DNA of 64,000 bases from contig CBDATT010000002.1 in NCBI GenBank assembly GCA_965199885.1, positions 1-64,000 of the forward strand. The letters run 5' to 3'. The notes under the pieces were generated by a model. It searched no databases. It was not told the origin of the DNA and was given only the letters and a program-made list of their open reading frames with translations. This DNA comes from Isosphaeraceae bacterium (lineage in GTDB: Bacteria; Planctomycetota; Planctomycetia; Isosphaerales; Isosphaeraceae). Of this stretch, positions 26,874 through 35,041 are shown one piece after another; positions within the stretch are counted from its first letter, which is position 1; each line of letters opens with the position of its first letter. The position numbers were made by a program, and so were the translations under genes.

Positions 26874-27231
26874 CGGTTGTCCGTGGAATTCGGTGGATGC
26901 GCGCGGAGAAGGGTTGCAAATCCCCGCTGCTTTTCCAATAATTGCCCGCGCCGAGTCAATTCGGTGAGCATACGGTTGATCCATCGAGTGGCCGCATCCG
27001 CATGATCCGACTCCCGCCGTTTGGTTCGGGGTCGGTCTGGCTGTTCGGTCGACGTCCGGAGTTTCGGATTGTCACCTGGCTGCTCTTGCTCCGGGAGCCG
27101 ATCCGGCCCTCGCGCTGGCTCCCGTCGGTCCGCCCCAGTCGTCGCCCTGCCGCGATTCTGAGATCGGGGTGGCCGCAACGGATCATCTGGTGGCCCTCAC
27201 GACGGGGTTGACCGGAACAAGGACCGACCGA

Positions 27232-28455
27232 ATGACCGTCTTCCAAGAGTTTTTCGATAACTTCAAGCACAACCTATTTAAGCCTTTGCTCCTCTTCTTC
27301 TACATGGGCTTTCTGGTCCCGATCCTCGGGGTCGAGTTCGAATTCCCCCACGTCATCTATCAGGGGCTGACAATCTACCTGCTGGTTGCGATCGGCTGGA
27401 AAGGGGGGGAGGAACTGGCCCGGCTCAAGGCGGACGAGTTGACGCAAGCCCTGGAGTTCATGGGCGTCGGGTTCTTGACCAACTTCGTGATCGGCATCAT
27501 GGCGTTTCTGGTCCTGCGTGCTTGCACCAGGCTCCGCCGGGTTGACGCTGCCACCGTGGCTGGCTACTACGGTTCGGACTCGGCGGGGACGTTCGCGACG
27601 TGTCAGGGGGTGCTCGGCGGCTTGATCGCCATGGGGCAGTCGGAGTACCAGTATGCTCCCTACATGCCGGTCATGCTGGCGGTGATGGAGATTCCCGGCT
27701 GCCTGGTCGCCTTGTTCCTCGTAACTCGCCTGCGGTCCACCGGGATGGATGCCCTGGGCTACATGCCCGACGAGGTGGGGTACGACCCCCAGGCCCAGCG
27801 TGCTCCGCTTGCCGAGGAACAAGGGCACGGCCACGCCGCCCCGACCTCGCACGGGACGCAGGTCGGCGAACTGAGTCATGAGTCGCGCGGGGCCAAGAAG
27901 CCGCCCGGCATGTTCAGCGGCGAACTCCTCCACGAAGTCTTCCTCAATCCGGGGCTGTATCTGCTCTTTGGGGGCATCCTGATCGGGTTCGTCAGTGGCA
28001 CCCAGAACAAGCCGAACAAGGATGATATCACCGGTCCCGATGACAAACTGTTTCTGGAGATGTTTCAGGGTCTGCTCTGCCTGTTCCTGCTTGAAATGGG
28101 GATGACGGCGTCGCGCAAACTCAAGGATTTGCAGCGAAGCGGGGCATACTTCATCGTGTTTGGACTGCTGGCCCCGGTCGTGTTCGCGACGCTCGGGATC
28201 GCGGTTGCTCACATGTTCAGCATGGCTATCCATCAACCCTTACAACTCGGCACCTATGTCTTGTTCTCGGTGCTATGCGGGGCCGCGTCCTATATCGCCG
28301 TGCCGGCGGTCCAGCGGCTCGCGATTCCCGAGGCAAGTCCCACGCTGCCGCTGGCGGCATCGCTGGGCTTGACATTCTCTTTTAATGTCACAATCGGCAT
28401 TCCGCTCTACATTCAGATCGCAAAAGCGGTGATGAAGACTTTCCCGGCGGGATGA
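27232..28455 (+). CDS. SbtA-family (DUF897) putative sodium-dependent bicarbonate transporter
   Basis: Two inverted membrane repeats are separated by a cytoplasmic loop. I aligned conserved blocks by eye to cyanobacterial SbtA: LLVAIGWKGGEEL, RVDAATVAGYYGSDSAGTF, LFLLEMGMTASRKLKDL and AASYIAVPAVQRLAIPEASPTLPLAASLGLTF. Confidence 0.65.
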   Translation: MTVFQEFFDNFKHNLFKPLLLFFYMGFLVPILGVEFEFPHVIYQGLTIYLLVAIGWKGGEELARLKADELTQALEFMGVGFLTNFVIGIMAFLVLRACTRLRRVDAATVAGYYGSDSAGTFATCQGVLGGLIAMGQSEYQYAPYMPVMLAVMEIPGCLVALFLVTRLRSTGMDALGYMPDEVGYDPQAQRAPLAEEQGHGHAAPTSHGTQVGELSHESRGAKKPPGMFSGELLHEVFLNPGLYLLFGGILIGFVSGTQNKPNKDDITGPDDKLFLEMFQGLLCLFLLEMGMTASRKLKDLQRSGAYFIVFGLLAPVVFATLGIAVAHMFSMAIHQPLQLGTYVLFSVLCGAASYIAVPAVQRLAIPEASPTLPLAASLGLTFSFNVTIGIPLYIQIAKAVMKTFPAG

Positions 28456-28613
28456 ACCGCGTATAATGAAGATCTCACGTCGGCCCGGCGGTCCCGGTCC
28501 GTGGCTTGGCATCACGTCCCCGGGGGGGAAGACGTGGTGCCAGTTGCGGGCCGGGACCACCGGGCCGGCTTCATTGGTGGCTGGTCGATATTAACGGTGC
28601 TGGTTGATTGGCA

Positions 28614-29417
28614 TCAACGGTCGGCTTCCAGGCTGGCGATCAGGTCTCGAAGACCGGTATCGAACGGCTGGAGTTCAAGTGACCGCCGCCAGACGGCGAC
28701 CGCTTCCTCCCGCTTGCCCAGTTGCATCAGGCACTGAGCCAGACCGCCGAGCGCCCCGAAGTGGTACGGGTTCCGATCGAGCACCTGGCGGCAATCCGCG
28801 GCACTGGCAGCATGCCGACCCAGGAAAAAGTGAGCAATCGCCCGCTGATTGTAAGCCTCGGCGAAGTCGGGCGCCTCGGCAATGAGTCGGTTGGCGGCCT
28901 CGATCGCCTCGGGCAGTCGGTCCTGACCGATCAACTTGCGGATCTGGGTGAGTTCGTCGTTCTGCGCGGCCGACCCGGCGCGGTACCAGATCGCCCAGAG
29001 GGCATCATGCGCCAGACCCCGGACCATCGGGTCCTTGTCCTTGAGCGCTTTGGCCACGGTGGCGTTGCTGGCGGCGAACCCACCATAAAGACCCAGGCTT
29101 ACGACCGATGCCCGTCGTGCCCGGAGGTCGGTCGATTCCAGCAACCGGCCGAGCGTCGCCTCGGTGTAGCGGGCCGACACGTTCCGGTGGAACCCATCGA
29201 GATCCCCATCACGGAGCAGGTTGTCGTAGAGGTCAACCAGAACCGAAGTGCTGCTGTTGGGTGCGGAAGCCATGAGATCAGGTCCATTCCGGCGCGAATC
29301 CGAGGAGGAACCAACCCCGCCGGCAGTGACCGTCGGCAAGCCACCCAGCGCTCCCGCCAGGAACCAGGCCAAAGCTCCAGAACGGGATTTCGAGCGGGCG
29401 AGCAGTCTCGGCGGCAC
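28614..29417 (-). CDS. secreted HEAT/TPR-like repeat protein
   Basis: The signal-like N-terminus is followed by alpha-helical repeats (DKDPMVRGLAHDALWAIWYR; AEAYNQRAIAHFFLGRHAASAADCRQVLDRNPYHFGALGGLAQCLMQLGKREEA). Confidence 0.45.
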   Translation of the reverse strand: MPPRLLARSKSRSGALAWFLAGALGGLPTVTAGGVGSSSDSRRNGPDLMASAPNSSTSVLVDLYDNLLRDGDLDGFHRNVSARYTEATLGRLLESTDLRARRASVVSLGLYGGFAASNATVAKALKDKDPMVRGLAHDALWAIWYRAGSAAQNDELTQIRKLIGQDRLPEAIEAANRLIAEAPDFAEAYNQRAIAHFFLGRHAASAADCRQVLDRNPYHFGALGGLAQCLMQLGKREEAVAVWRRSLELQPFDTGLRDLIASLEADR

Positions 29418-29703
29418 GAGGTACGCTCCGATCGGGTCGGAAAAGATTGGGGGCGGAAGTGACGGACAGAGTTCACTTCAGTCTAACAATTTCCGCCGTG
29501 GTCGCTCGCCAGGAATTTTCGGGTTCTGATCAGGATCTGCTCGATTTTGGAGGCCATCGAGACGATGACAACCGCTTTTTCTGAAGGTGACGAGAAAAAT
29601 CGATCGCTGATTCTCGACTTTTTGTCTAGGGTTCAGCTGGCTGGACTGGCTATCCTGGGGCCGGGTCGGGTGGTTGAGGTGAGCGCAAGCGGAGGGATGG
29701 CTC

Positions 29704-31347
29704 ATGGCTCAGGTCGTGCGGGGTGCGGTGGGATTGATCGTGGTCCTGGGTGGGCTGGCCGCTCTGCCTGCGGTGGCGCAGCCGGTCGCCAACTGGGATG
29801 AGCGGATCGCGCCGATCGTCAACGCGAAGGAATACGCGGGGGCGCACTGGGGGATGCTGGTCGTCGACCTGGCGACGGGTCGCCCAGTTTTCGAGCGGAA
29901 CCCTGATCAACTCTTTTGCCCGGCTTCGGTCACCAAGCTATTCACAACCGCCGCCGCGCTGGCCGACCTTGGCGCGGATTATCGGTTCAAGACGCCCGTT
30001 GTGCGGCGGGGTGAGGTCAAGGACGGGACGCTCCAGGGGGACCTGATCCTGATCGCTCAGGGCGACCTGAGCCTCGGGGGTCGGACCGGTCCGGATGGGT
30101 CGCTCCTGTTCACCGATGGCGACCACTCGTACGGCAACGGCGACCTCGTCCCGTGCGACCCGCTCGCCGGCCTGGTCCACCTCGCCCGCGAGGTCCACAG
30201 CAGCGGCATCCGCGCGGTGACCGGCGACGTGATTGTGGATGACCGGCTGTTCGAGGCCGCCGTCAGCACCGGGAGCGGCCCAACGCACGTCTCGCCGAGC
30301 GTGATCAACGACAACATCATCGACGTGGTCGTCACTCCCGGCACCAAAGTCGGCGAGCCCGCGAAGGTTCGCTTGATCCCCGAAACGACCTTTGCCGCCG
30401 CCGACGTCCGGGTCGAGACCACCGCCGAAAACTCGGGTGCGGCGTCAGTCCAGGTCCGGTCGGTCGGACCCCGCCGGTTCACCGTCCGCGGCAAGATTCC
30501 GCTCAATCATAAGCCAGTCAACGACACCTATGAGGTCGACGAGCCGGCCGCCTTCGCCCGCGCCCTGTTCATCGAGACCCTGCAAAGCCGAGGTGTCAGC
30601 GTGCTGGGGGCATCGCCGCTGGGCGACAACCATGCCGTCGACTTGCCCGCGAAACCCGACACCCGCAAGCTCCCGACGGTGGCCGAATACACCTCGCCCG
30701 AACTCCGCGAGTATATCCGGGTGATCCTCAAGGTCAGCCAGAACCTCCACGCCAGCACCTTGCCGCTGATCCTCGGCGCTCACCACGGCGAGATCACCCT
30801 CAACCGCGGCCTCCGCCGCGAGGCCGAGATTCTGGAAAAACTCGGCGTCGATACCAAAACGATCTCGTTCGGCGGCGGCGCTGGCGGGTCCAGGTCCGAC
30901 ATGGCAACCCCCCGCGCCACCGTTGCCTTGCTGCGTGCGATGGCGGCTCGCCCCGACTTCGCTGCCTTCGACCAGGCGCTGCCCGTCCTTGGTCGCGACG
31001 GGACGCTGGCCAAGGCGGTTCCTCCCGAGAGTCCCGCGCGTGGCCATGCTCGCGCCAAGACGGGCAGTTACTGGGTCGATAACCCGCTCAACGGCCACCC
31101 GGTCCTGACCAGCAAGGCCCTTGCGGGCTACATGGAGACGGCATCGGGCCGGAAACTGGCCTTCACCTTCTACGTCAACGACGTCCCCTCGCAGGCCATC
31201 GCTCCGACCGTCAGTGAGGCGTCGTCCTTGACCGGCAAGAAGCTCGGTAAGCTCTGCGAGGTCTTCTACACCGACACCGATCCCGCTCCCGCCGAGACCC
31301 CCGCCCCCGCGCCTCCCGCTGCCGAATCGTCCAAGACGGGGAAGTGA
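29704..31347 (+). CDS. dacB: D-alanyl-D-alanine carboxypeptidase/endopeptidase, PBP4 (peptidase S13)
   Basis: Signal peptide. The SxxK motif PASVTKLFTTAAAL, plus YRFKTPV...GDLILIAQGDLSLG and a C-terminal KTG motif (AKTGS), make the PBP4 family architecture clear. Confidence 0.8.
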   Translation: MAQVVRGAVGLIVVLGGLAALPAVAQPVANWDERIAPIVNAKEYAGAHWGMLVVDLATGRPVFERNPDQLFCPASVTKLFTTAAALADLGADYRFKTPVVRRGEVKDGTLQGDLILIAQGDLSLGGRTGPDGSLLFTDGDHSYGNGDLVPCDPLAGLVHLAREVHSSGIRAVTGDVIVDDRLFEAAVSTGSGPTHVSPSVINDNIIDVVVTPGTKVGEPAKVRLIPETTFAAADVRVETTAENSGAASVQVRSVGPRRFTVRGKIPLNHKPVNDTYEVDEPAAFARALFIETLQSRGVSVLGASPLGDNHAVDLPAKPDTRKLPTVAEYTSPELREYIRVILKVSQNLHASTLPLILGAHHGEITLNRGLRREAEILEKLGVDTKTISFGGGAGGSRSDMATPRATVALLRAMAARPDFAAFDQALPVLGRDGTLAKAVPPESPARGHARAKTGSYWVDNPLNGHPVLTSKALAGYMETASGRKLAFTFYVNDVPSQAIAPTVSEASSLTGKKLGKLCEVFYTDTDPAPAETPAPAPPAAESSKTGK

Positions 31348-31414
31348 CCCTTCCAGACGAGATCCGATCTGGTCGGATGCCTTGATCCGATCAGCCTTGC
31401 CCAATTTTTGGTTG

Positions 31415-31427
31415 CCATGTAGCATGG
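31415..31427. promoter_or_regulatory. perfect 13-bp palindrome CCATGTAGCATGG upstream of the Cys-rich secreted gene trio
   Basis: It lies 48 nt upstream of the 31475 start codon, embedded in TTGCCATGTAGCATGGAAGTTG. Confidence 0.3.
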
Positions 31428-31474
31428 AAGTTGTCGATATCCGTTTGGGGTTTTCCTCGCTCGTTGGAACCTGA

Positions 31475-31945
31475 GTGATCATTATGCCGTTCCTACGCTC
31501 CTACCTCCGGCTCGTCTGCCTCACCCTGGGGGTGATCGTCGCGAGTTCGTGGCTGGGACAAGCGGCATCGGCCTGTTCGATGCGGATGGCGGATGGCTCG
31601 ACGTGCGGGGCGGCGGCGAAGTGTGGTTGCTGCTCAGAACCAACCCAGGTTGAGGCCAAGGCAACGAGGCAAGTTGCCACGATTGCGCCTGCCCGTGAAG
31701 TTGGGTCCAGTTCGCTCTGCACCAATTCGGCAACCTGCGTTTGCGGGTCGGATCGACCCACCGCCCCTGAGCCCAGGTCGGGCCGGCTGGCAAGCATGAA
31801 TCGCGTCTCCCTGACGCGGTCGGTCCTGGAAGTGACCTGGATCAATCCACCTGATCTGGTGGGATCGAGCCCGGTCCTTCATCAAGCAGAGGTCTGGGTG
31901 CATGAGGCACCGATCTATCTCCGCTGCTCTCGCTTTCTGATATGA
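31475..31945 (+). CDS. hypothetical secreted cysteine-rich protein
   Basis: N-terminal signal/TM region, then CSMRMADGSTCGAAAKCGCCSEP...CTNSATCVCG. It is the first of three consecutive small Cys-rich secreted genes. Confidence 0.3.
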   Translation: MIIMPFLRSYLRLVCLTLGVIVASSWLGQAASACSMRMADGSTCGAAAKCGCCSEPTQVEAKATRQVATIAPAREVGSSSLCTNSATCVCGSDRPTAPEPRSGRLASMNRVSLTRSVLEVTWINPPDLVGSSPVLHQAEVWVHEAPIYLRCSRFLI

Positions 31946-32182
31946 CGATGCCTCGGCGCTGAGGTTCTCGCGGCTCGCGTTGTCCGTGCTGACATCGAGT
32001 CGCTGGGCATCCCCGCGCCGGGGACGAGGATGACGATCTGGCTGGCTCCTGACTGTTTGAGGAACTGCCTGGCCGGGTCGTCCTCCCTTTCCCTGGTCAA
32101 TCCGGGGTCAGGTAACCGTGCGGTCCGCGTTGGGCGGAGCGACGGGTTCCGATTCGTCATGGCAAGAACGGGAGTTGATCCG

Positions 32183-32455
32183 ATGATCCGACGGAAATTG
32201 ATGGGATTGAGTGGCCTGCTGATCCTGGCCGCCTTGGTGGGCACTCAGGCGGCGGACAGGTCGAAGGCTTCGGCCGCCCGGACCGCGTGTGCCTGCTGTG
32301 GCGCTGCCTGCACTTGCCCGGCTTGCACCTGCGATGCTCAGTCCAAGATGGGCGCTGGCTGTGATTGCTGCGGCGACACCTGCTGCACGACGGAGCAAGC
32401 GGCAGTCGAATCTGCCACCAAGTCGTGCTGCTCGACCAAGACCGTGGCTCACTGA
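32183..32455 (+). CDS. small secreted metallothionein-like cysteine-rich protein
   Basis: Signal peptide MIRRKLMGLSGLLILAALVGTQA. The mature part, about 65 aa, has 14 Cys in CxC/CC clusters (ACACCGAACTCPACTCDAQSKMGAGCDCCGDTCCTTEQ...CCSTK). Confidence 0.4.
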   Translation: MIRRKLMGLSGLLILAALVGTQAADRSKASAARTACACCGAACTCPACTCDAQSKMGAGCDCCGDTCCTTEQAAVESATKSCCSTKTVAH

Positions 32456-32604
32456 GTCTCTATCCATAAAAAGAGGCCGATTCTCGATGGCAGTCGAGAA
32501 CCGGCCCGGTGGGATTCGCACGGTCTGAAGTCCGCTGAATCTGGGAGCCGCTCACGTTGGGTGGGCGGCCCCGCATCTTGATTGTACGCTCCAGGACGAA
32601 AAAA

Positions 32605-33066
32605 ATGGACCGTCGCGCATTGTTTGGTCTGATGGCGGCCGGAACCGCCGGCTTGCTGACCCTGAATTCGGGCAAATCCGCCACGGCAGCCTTTGTTCCC
32701 GCCGACAAGATGAAGGCGATGGAAGACTGCCTCAAGGCGTGCAAGAGCTGTGCGGCTCTTTGCGAGGAAACCTTCCACCACTGCTTCGGCCTGGTGACCG
32801 AGGGGAAGAAAGAGCACGCGAAGGCAGCCGAACTGGCGCTGGATTGTGCTGACTTCTGTGCCCTGTCGGTGAAGATGATGCTTCGTCAGAGCGATCTGAT
32901 GCCGTTTTCGTGCGGAGCATGCGCTGAGGCTTGCAAGAAGTGCGGCGACGCTTGTGCTCCGTTCGACAGCGAGATGATGAAACAGTGCACCGCCGCCTGC
33001 CGCGAGTGCGAAAAGACCTGCAAGGCGATGGCCGCAGCCATGCCAGCGGGTCATCATCACGAATGA
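32605..33066 (+). CDS. four-helix-bundle copper-binding protein (DUF326), Csp-like copper storage protein with Tat signal
   Basis: Twin-arginine signal MDRRALFGLMAAGTAGLLTL. The mature part has repeated Cys ladders along helices (CLKACKSCAALCEE..HHC; ALDCADFCALS; CGACAEACKKCGDAC; CTAACRECEKTCKAM) and an HHHE C-terminus. Confidence 0.6.
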   Translation: MDRRALFGLMAAGTAGLLTLNSGKSATAAFVPADKMKAMEDCLKACKSCAALCEETFHHCFGLVTEGKKEHAKAAELALDCADFCALSVKMMLRQSDLMPFSCGACAEACKKCGDACAPFDSEMMKQCTAACRECEKTCKAMAAAMPAGHHHE

Positions 33067-33152
33067 TCCGGTAACCCACTGTGGTGCTGGAATCCGCCGG
33101 ACCGCAACCGAGCAATCGGTTACGGCCCGGCTGGCTTCATTTCAGGCCAATC

Positions 33153-35009
33153 TTACTCATCGACGCCGCGATGGCAGCTTTCCGCCGGAGTGGGCAGGGG
33201 GGCCATGCTCGGATGCAGGTGGGGGGCGTGTGGGGGACGATCGGCGTGGTCGGCCCGGCGGTTGGCGTGCGTGTGCGTGCGGGGGACGACCTCGGTGTCG
33301 TCGGGGTTCATCGCGTGGACGCGCAGCTCGTGGGTTGGCAACGGGATGATGATCCCGGCGGCGGCAAACCGGCGCTGGATTTCGCCGTTGAGACGGTGGC
33401 GCACGCGACCGAGGACGCTTGGGTCGGGGACGTAGGTGTAGAGAATGAAGTCGAGCGCGGCCGAGCCGATTGAGTCGAGCCAGGCCGATGAGACGGGGTT
33501 GTTCAGGACGTCGACGTCGGCATGCGCCAGGCTCAGCAAGAGGTCCGTCACCTTGTCGGCGTCGGTCCCGAGCATGACGTTGACGTGGATCGTCAGGCGA
33601 ACAACCTTGTCCTTGTGGGTCCAGTTGACGAGGTTGCCGGTAATGAACGCGCGGTTGGGCACGATCATGCTCTGGTTGTCGCCGTTGACGATGGTGGTCG
33701 CGCGGATATTGATCCGGTCGACGCTGCCGGTCATCCCGCCGACGGTGACGAGGTCGCCAACGCGGATCGGGCGCTCGACGAGGAGGATGATCCCGCTGAC
33801 GAAGTTCGAGACGATCTCCTGCAACCCGAATCCGAGCCCAACGCCGAGCGCCGCCAGGACCACGCCGATCCGCTCCATCCCCAGGTGGACCGCCGACAGC
33901 CCGGCCAGCGCGCCGACCGCCAGCACGACATAGCGGCACAAGGTCACCATGGCGAACCGAACGCCGGGGTCGTCACTCATCCGGGGGAAGACGACCACGG
34001 TGAAGAAAGTCTGCGTGTTCCGCCAGACCCCCGCCGTGGCGACCAAAATCACCAGCATGACGACCAGGTTCCCCACGGTGACGACCTGATTTGGGCCGAC
34101 CGACCAGAGCTGGTGATCGCCGATGTAGCGGAACAGCGCCAGGTCGACGTCGAACAGGTAAGCCGCCACGACGGCTCCCAGGATCACGACACTGATCCGG
34201 GCCAGCTTGCGGAGCCGGGCCACGGCATCCTCGACCGGCGCTCCCGAGGCATCCGTCGGCGTCGAGGTCGTGGCGTCAAGCGTCGGCGAGGTCGTGGTTG
34301 TGGTCGTATTGTGCCAGCGCCAGGCGTGGTGGTTGATCAGTTGCAACAGGCCGAGATAAATCCCCCAGCAGACCGCCACCAGCACCAGCATCGACCCGCC
34401 GGCGTAGGTCAACCGGCGCGCGGTGAAGTGGTAACCGATGACGTCGAGGACGAAGATCGACGCCAGCGCTGTCAGGATCAACGGGGCAACCACGCGGCGG
34501 TGCCGCCCAACCCAACCGAGCCGCGCCGGGTCGGCCGTCAGCCAGATCAGGACCGGCGACGTGCCCCGGAGCAGCCGATAGGCCAGAATCCAGCAGGTCA
34601 GCTCGAAACCAATCACGAGCAACCGCCCGAGCGACCCCGCCGCGATCGGCCGACCCCCCGGCGCGATCCACCCCTGACTCAGCAGGAACTCGGGGATCAG
34701 CAGGCACGCCCCGGTAATCGCCAGGGTGTGGCAGACCCGCTTGAACTGCCGACGGACGTCATGCGGCGCCCCGAGGTCGGCGTCGGCCCAGCCGCCCGAG
34801 CGAAACGTGACCCGCCCGGCCAGCGAAACAAACAGCGCCACCGCCAGGCCCAGCAAGACGATGCACGCCGGCCAGGCCAGGTCGCGCGGCCAGGGAGCCG
34901 ACTTCACCGCGAACGCCACCAGGGCCAGATACACCGGCCACGTCGCCGCCGAGACCAGGCCATAGGCCAATCGCCGTAATTTCCGCATCGTTTCCGCTCC
35001 GGTCATCAT
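33153..35009 (-). CDS. mechanosensitive ion channel, MscS family (MscK/KefA-like membrane and channel portion)
   Basis: About 10 TM helices, then the MscS core GLGFGLQEIVSNFVSGIILLVERPIRVGDLVTVGGMTGSVDRINIRATTIVNGDNQSMIVPN and a C-terminal cytoplasmic domain. Confidence 0.8.
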   Translation of the reverse strand: MMTGAETMRKLRRLAYGLVSAATWPVYLALVAFAVKSAPWPRDLAWPACIVLLGLAVALFVSLAGRVTFRSGGWADADLGAPHDVRRQFKRVCHTLAITGACLLIPEFLLSQGWIAPGGRPIAAGSLGRLLVIGFELTCWILAYRLLRGTSPVLIWLTADPARLGWVGRHRRVVAPLILTALASIFVLDVIGYHFTARRLTYAGGSMLVLVAVCWGIYLGLLQLINHHAWRWHNTTTTTTSPTLDATTSTPTDASGAPVEDAVARLRKLARISVVILGAVVAAYLFDVDLALFRYIGDHQLWSVGPNQVVTVGNLVVMLVILVATAGVWRNTQTFFTVVVFPRMSDDPGVRFAMVTLCRYVVLAVGALAGLSAVHLGMERIGVVLAALGVGLGFGLQEIVSNFVSGIILLVERPIRVGDLVTVGGMTGSVDRINIRATTIVNGDNQSMIVPNRAFITGNLVNWTHKDKVVRLTIHVNVMLGTDADKVTDLLLSLAHADVDVLNNPVSSAWLDSIGSAALDFILYTYVPDPSVLGRVRHRLNGEIQRRFAAAGIIIPLPTHELRVHAMNPDDTEVVPRTHTHANRRADHADRPPHAPHLHPSMAPLPTPAESCHRGVDE

Positions 35010-35041
35010 CGGGAATGTCGCTCTATGAGGAGAGGATTTGT

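Noticed and set aside
28501-28737. Small ORF downstream of sbtA considered as a possible SbtB (PII-like) partner
   Set aside because: The sequence is Arg/Ser-rich with no PII T-loop or ATP-binding motifs, and it overlaps the convergent TPR gene on the other strand.
29547-29801. 84-aa ORF upstream of and overlapping the dacB start, considered as a possible leader peptide
   Set aside because: It overlaps the dacB signal-peptide coding region in another frame, has no RBS-like context, and has no conservation signal. It is more likely chance.
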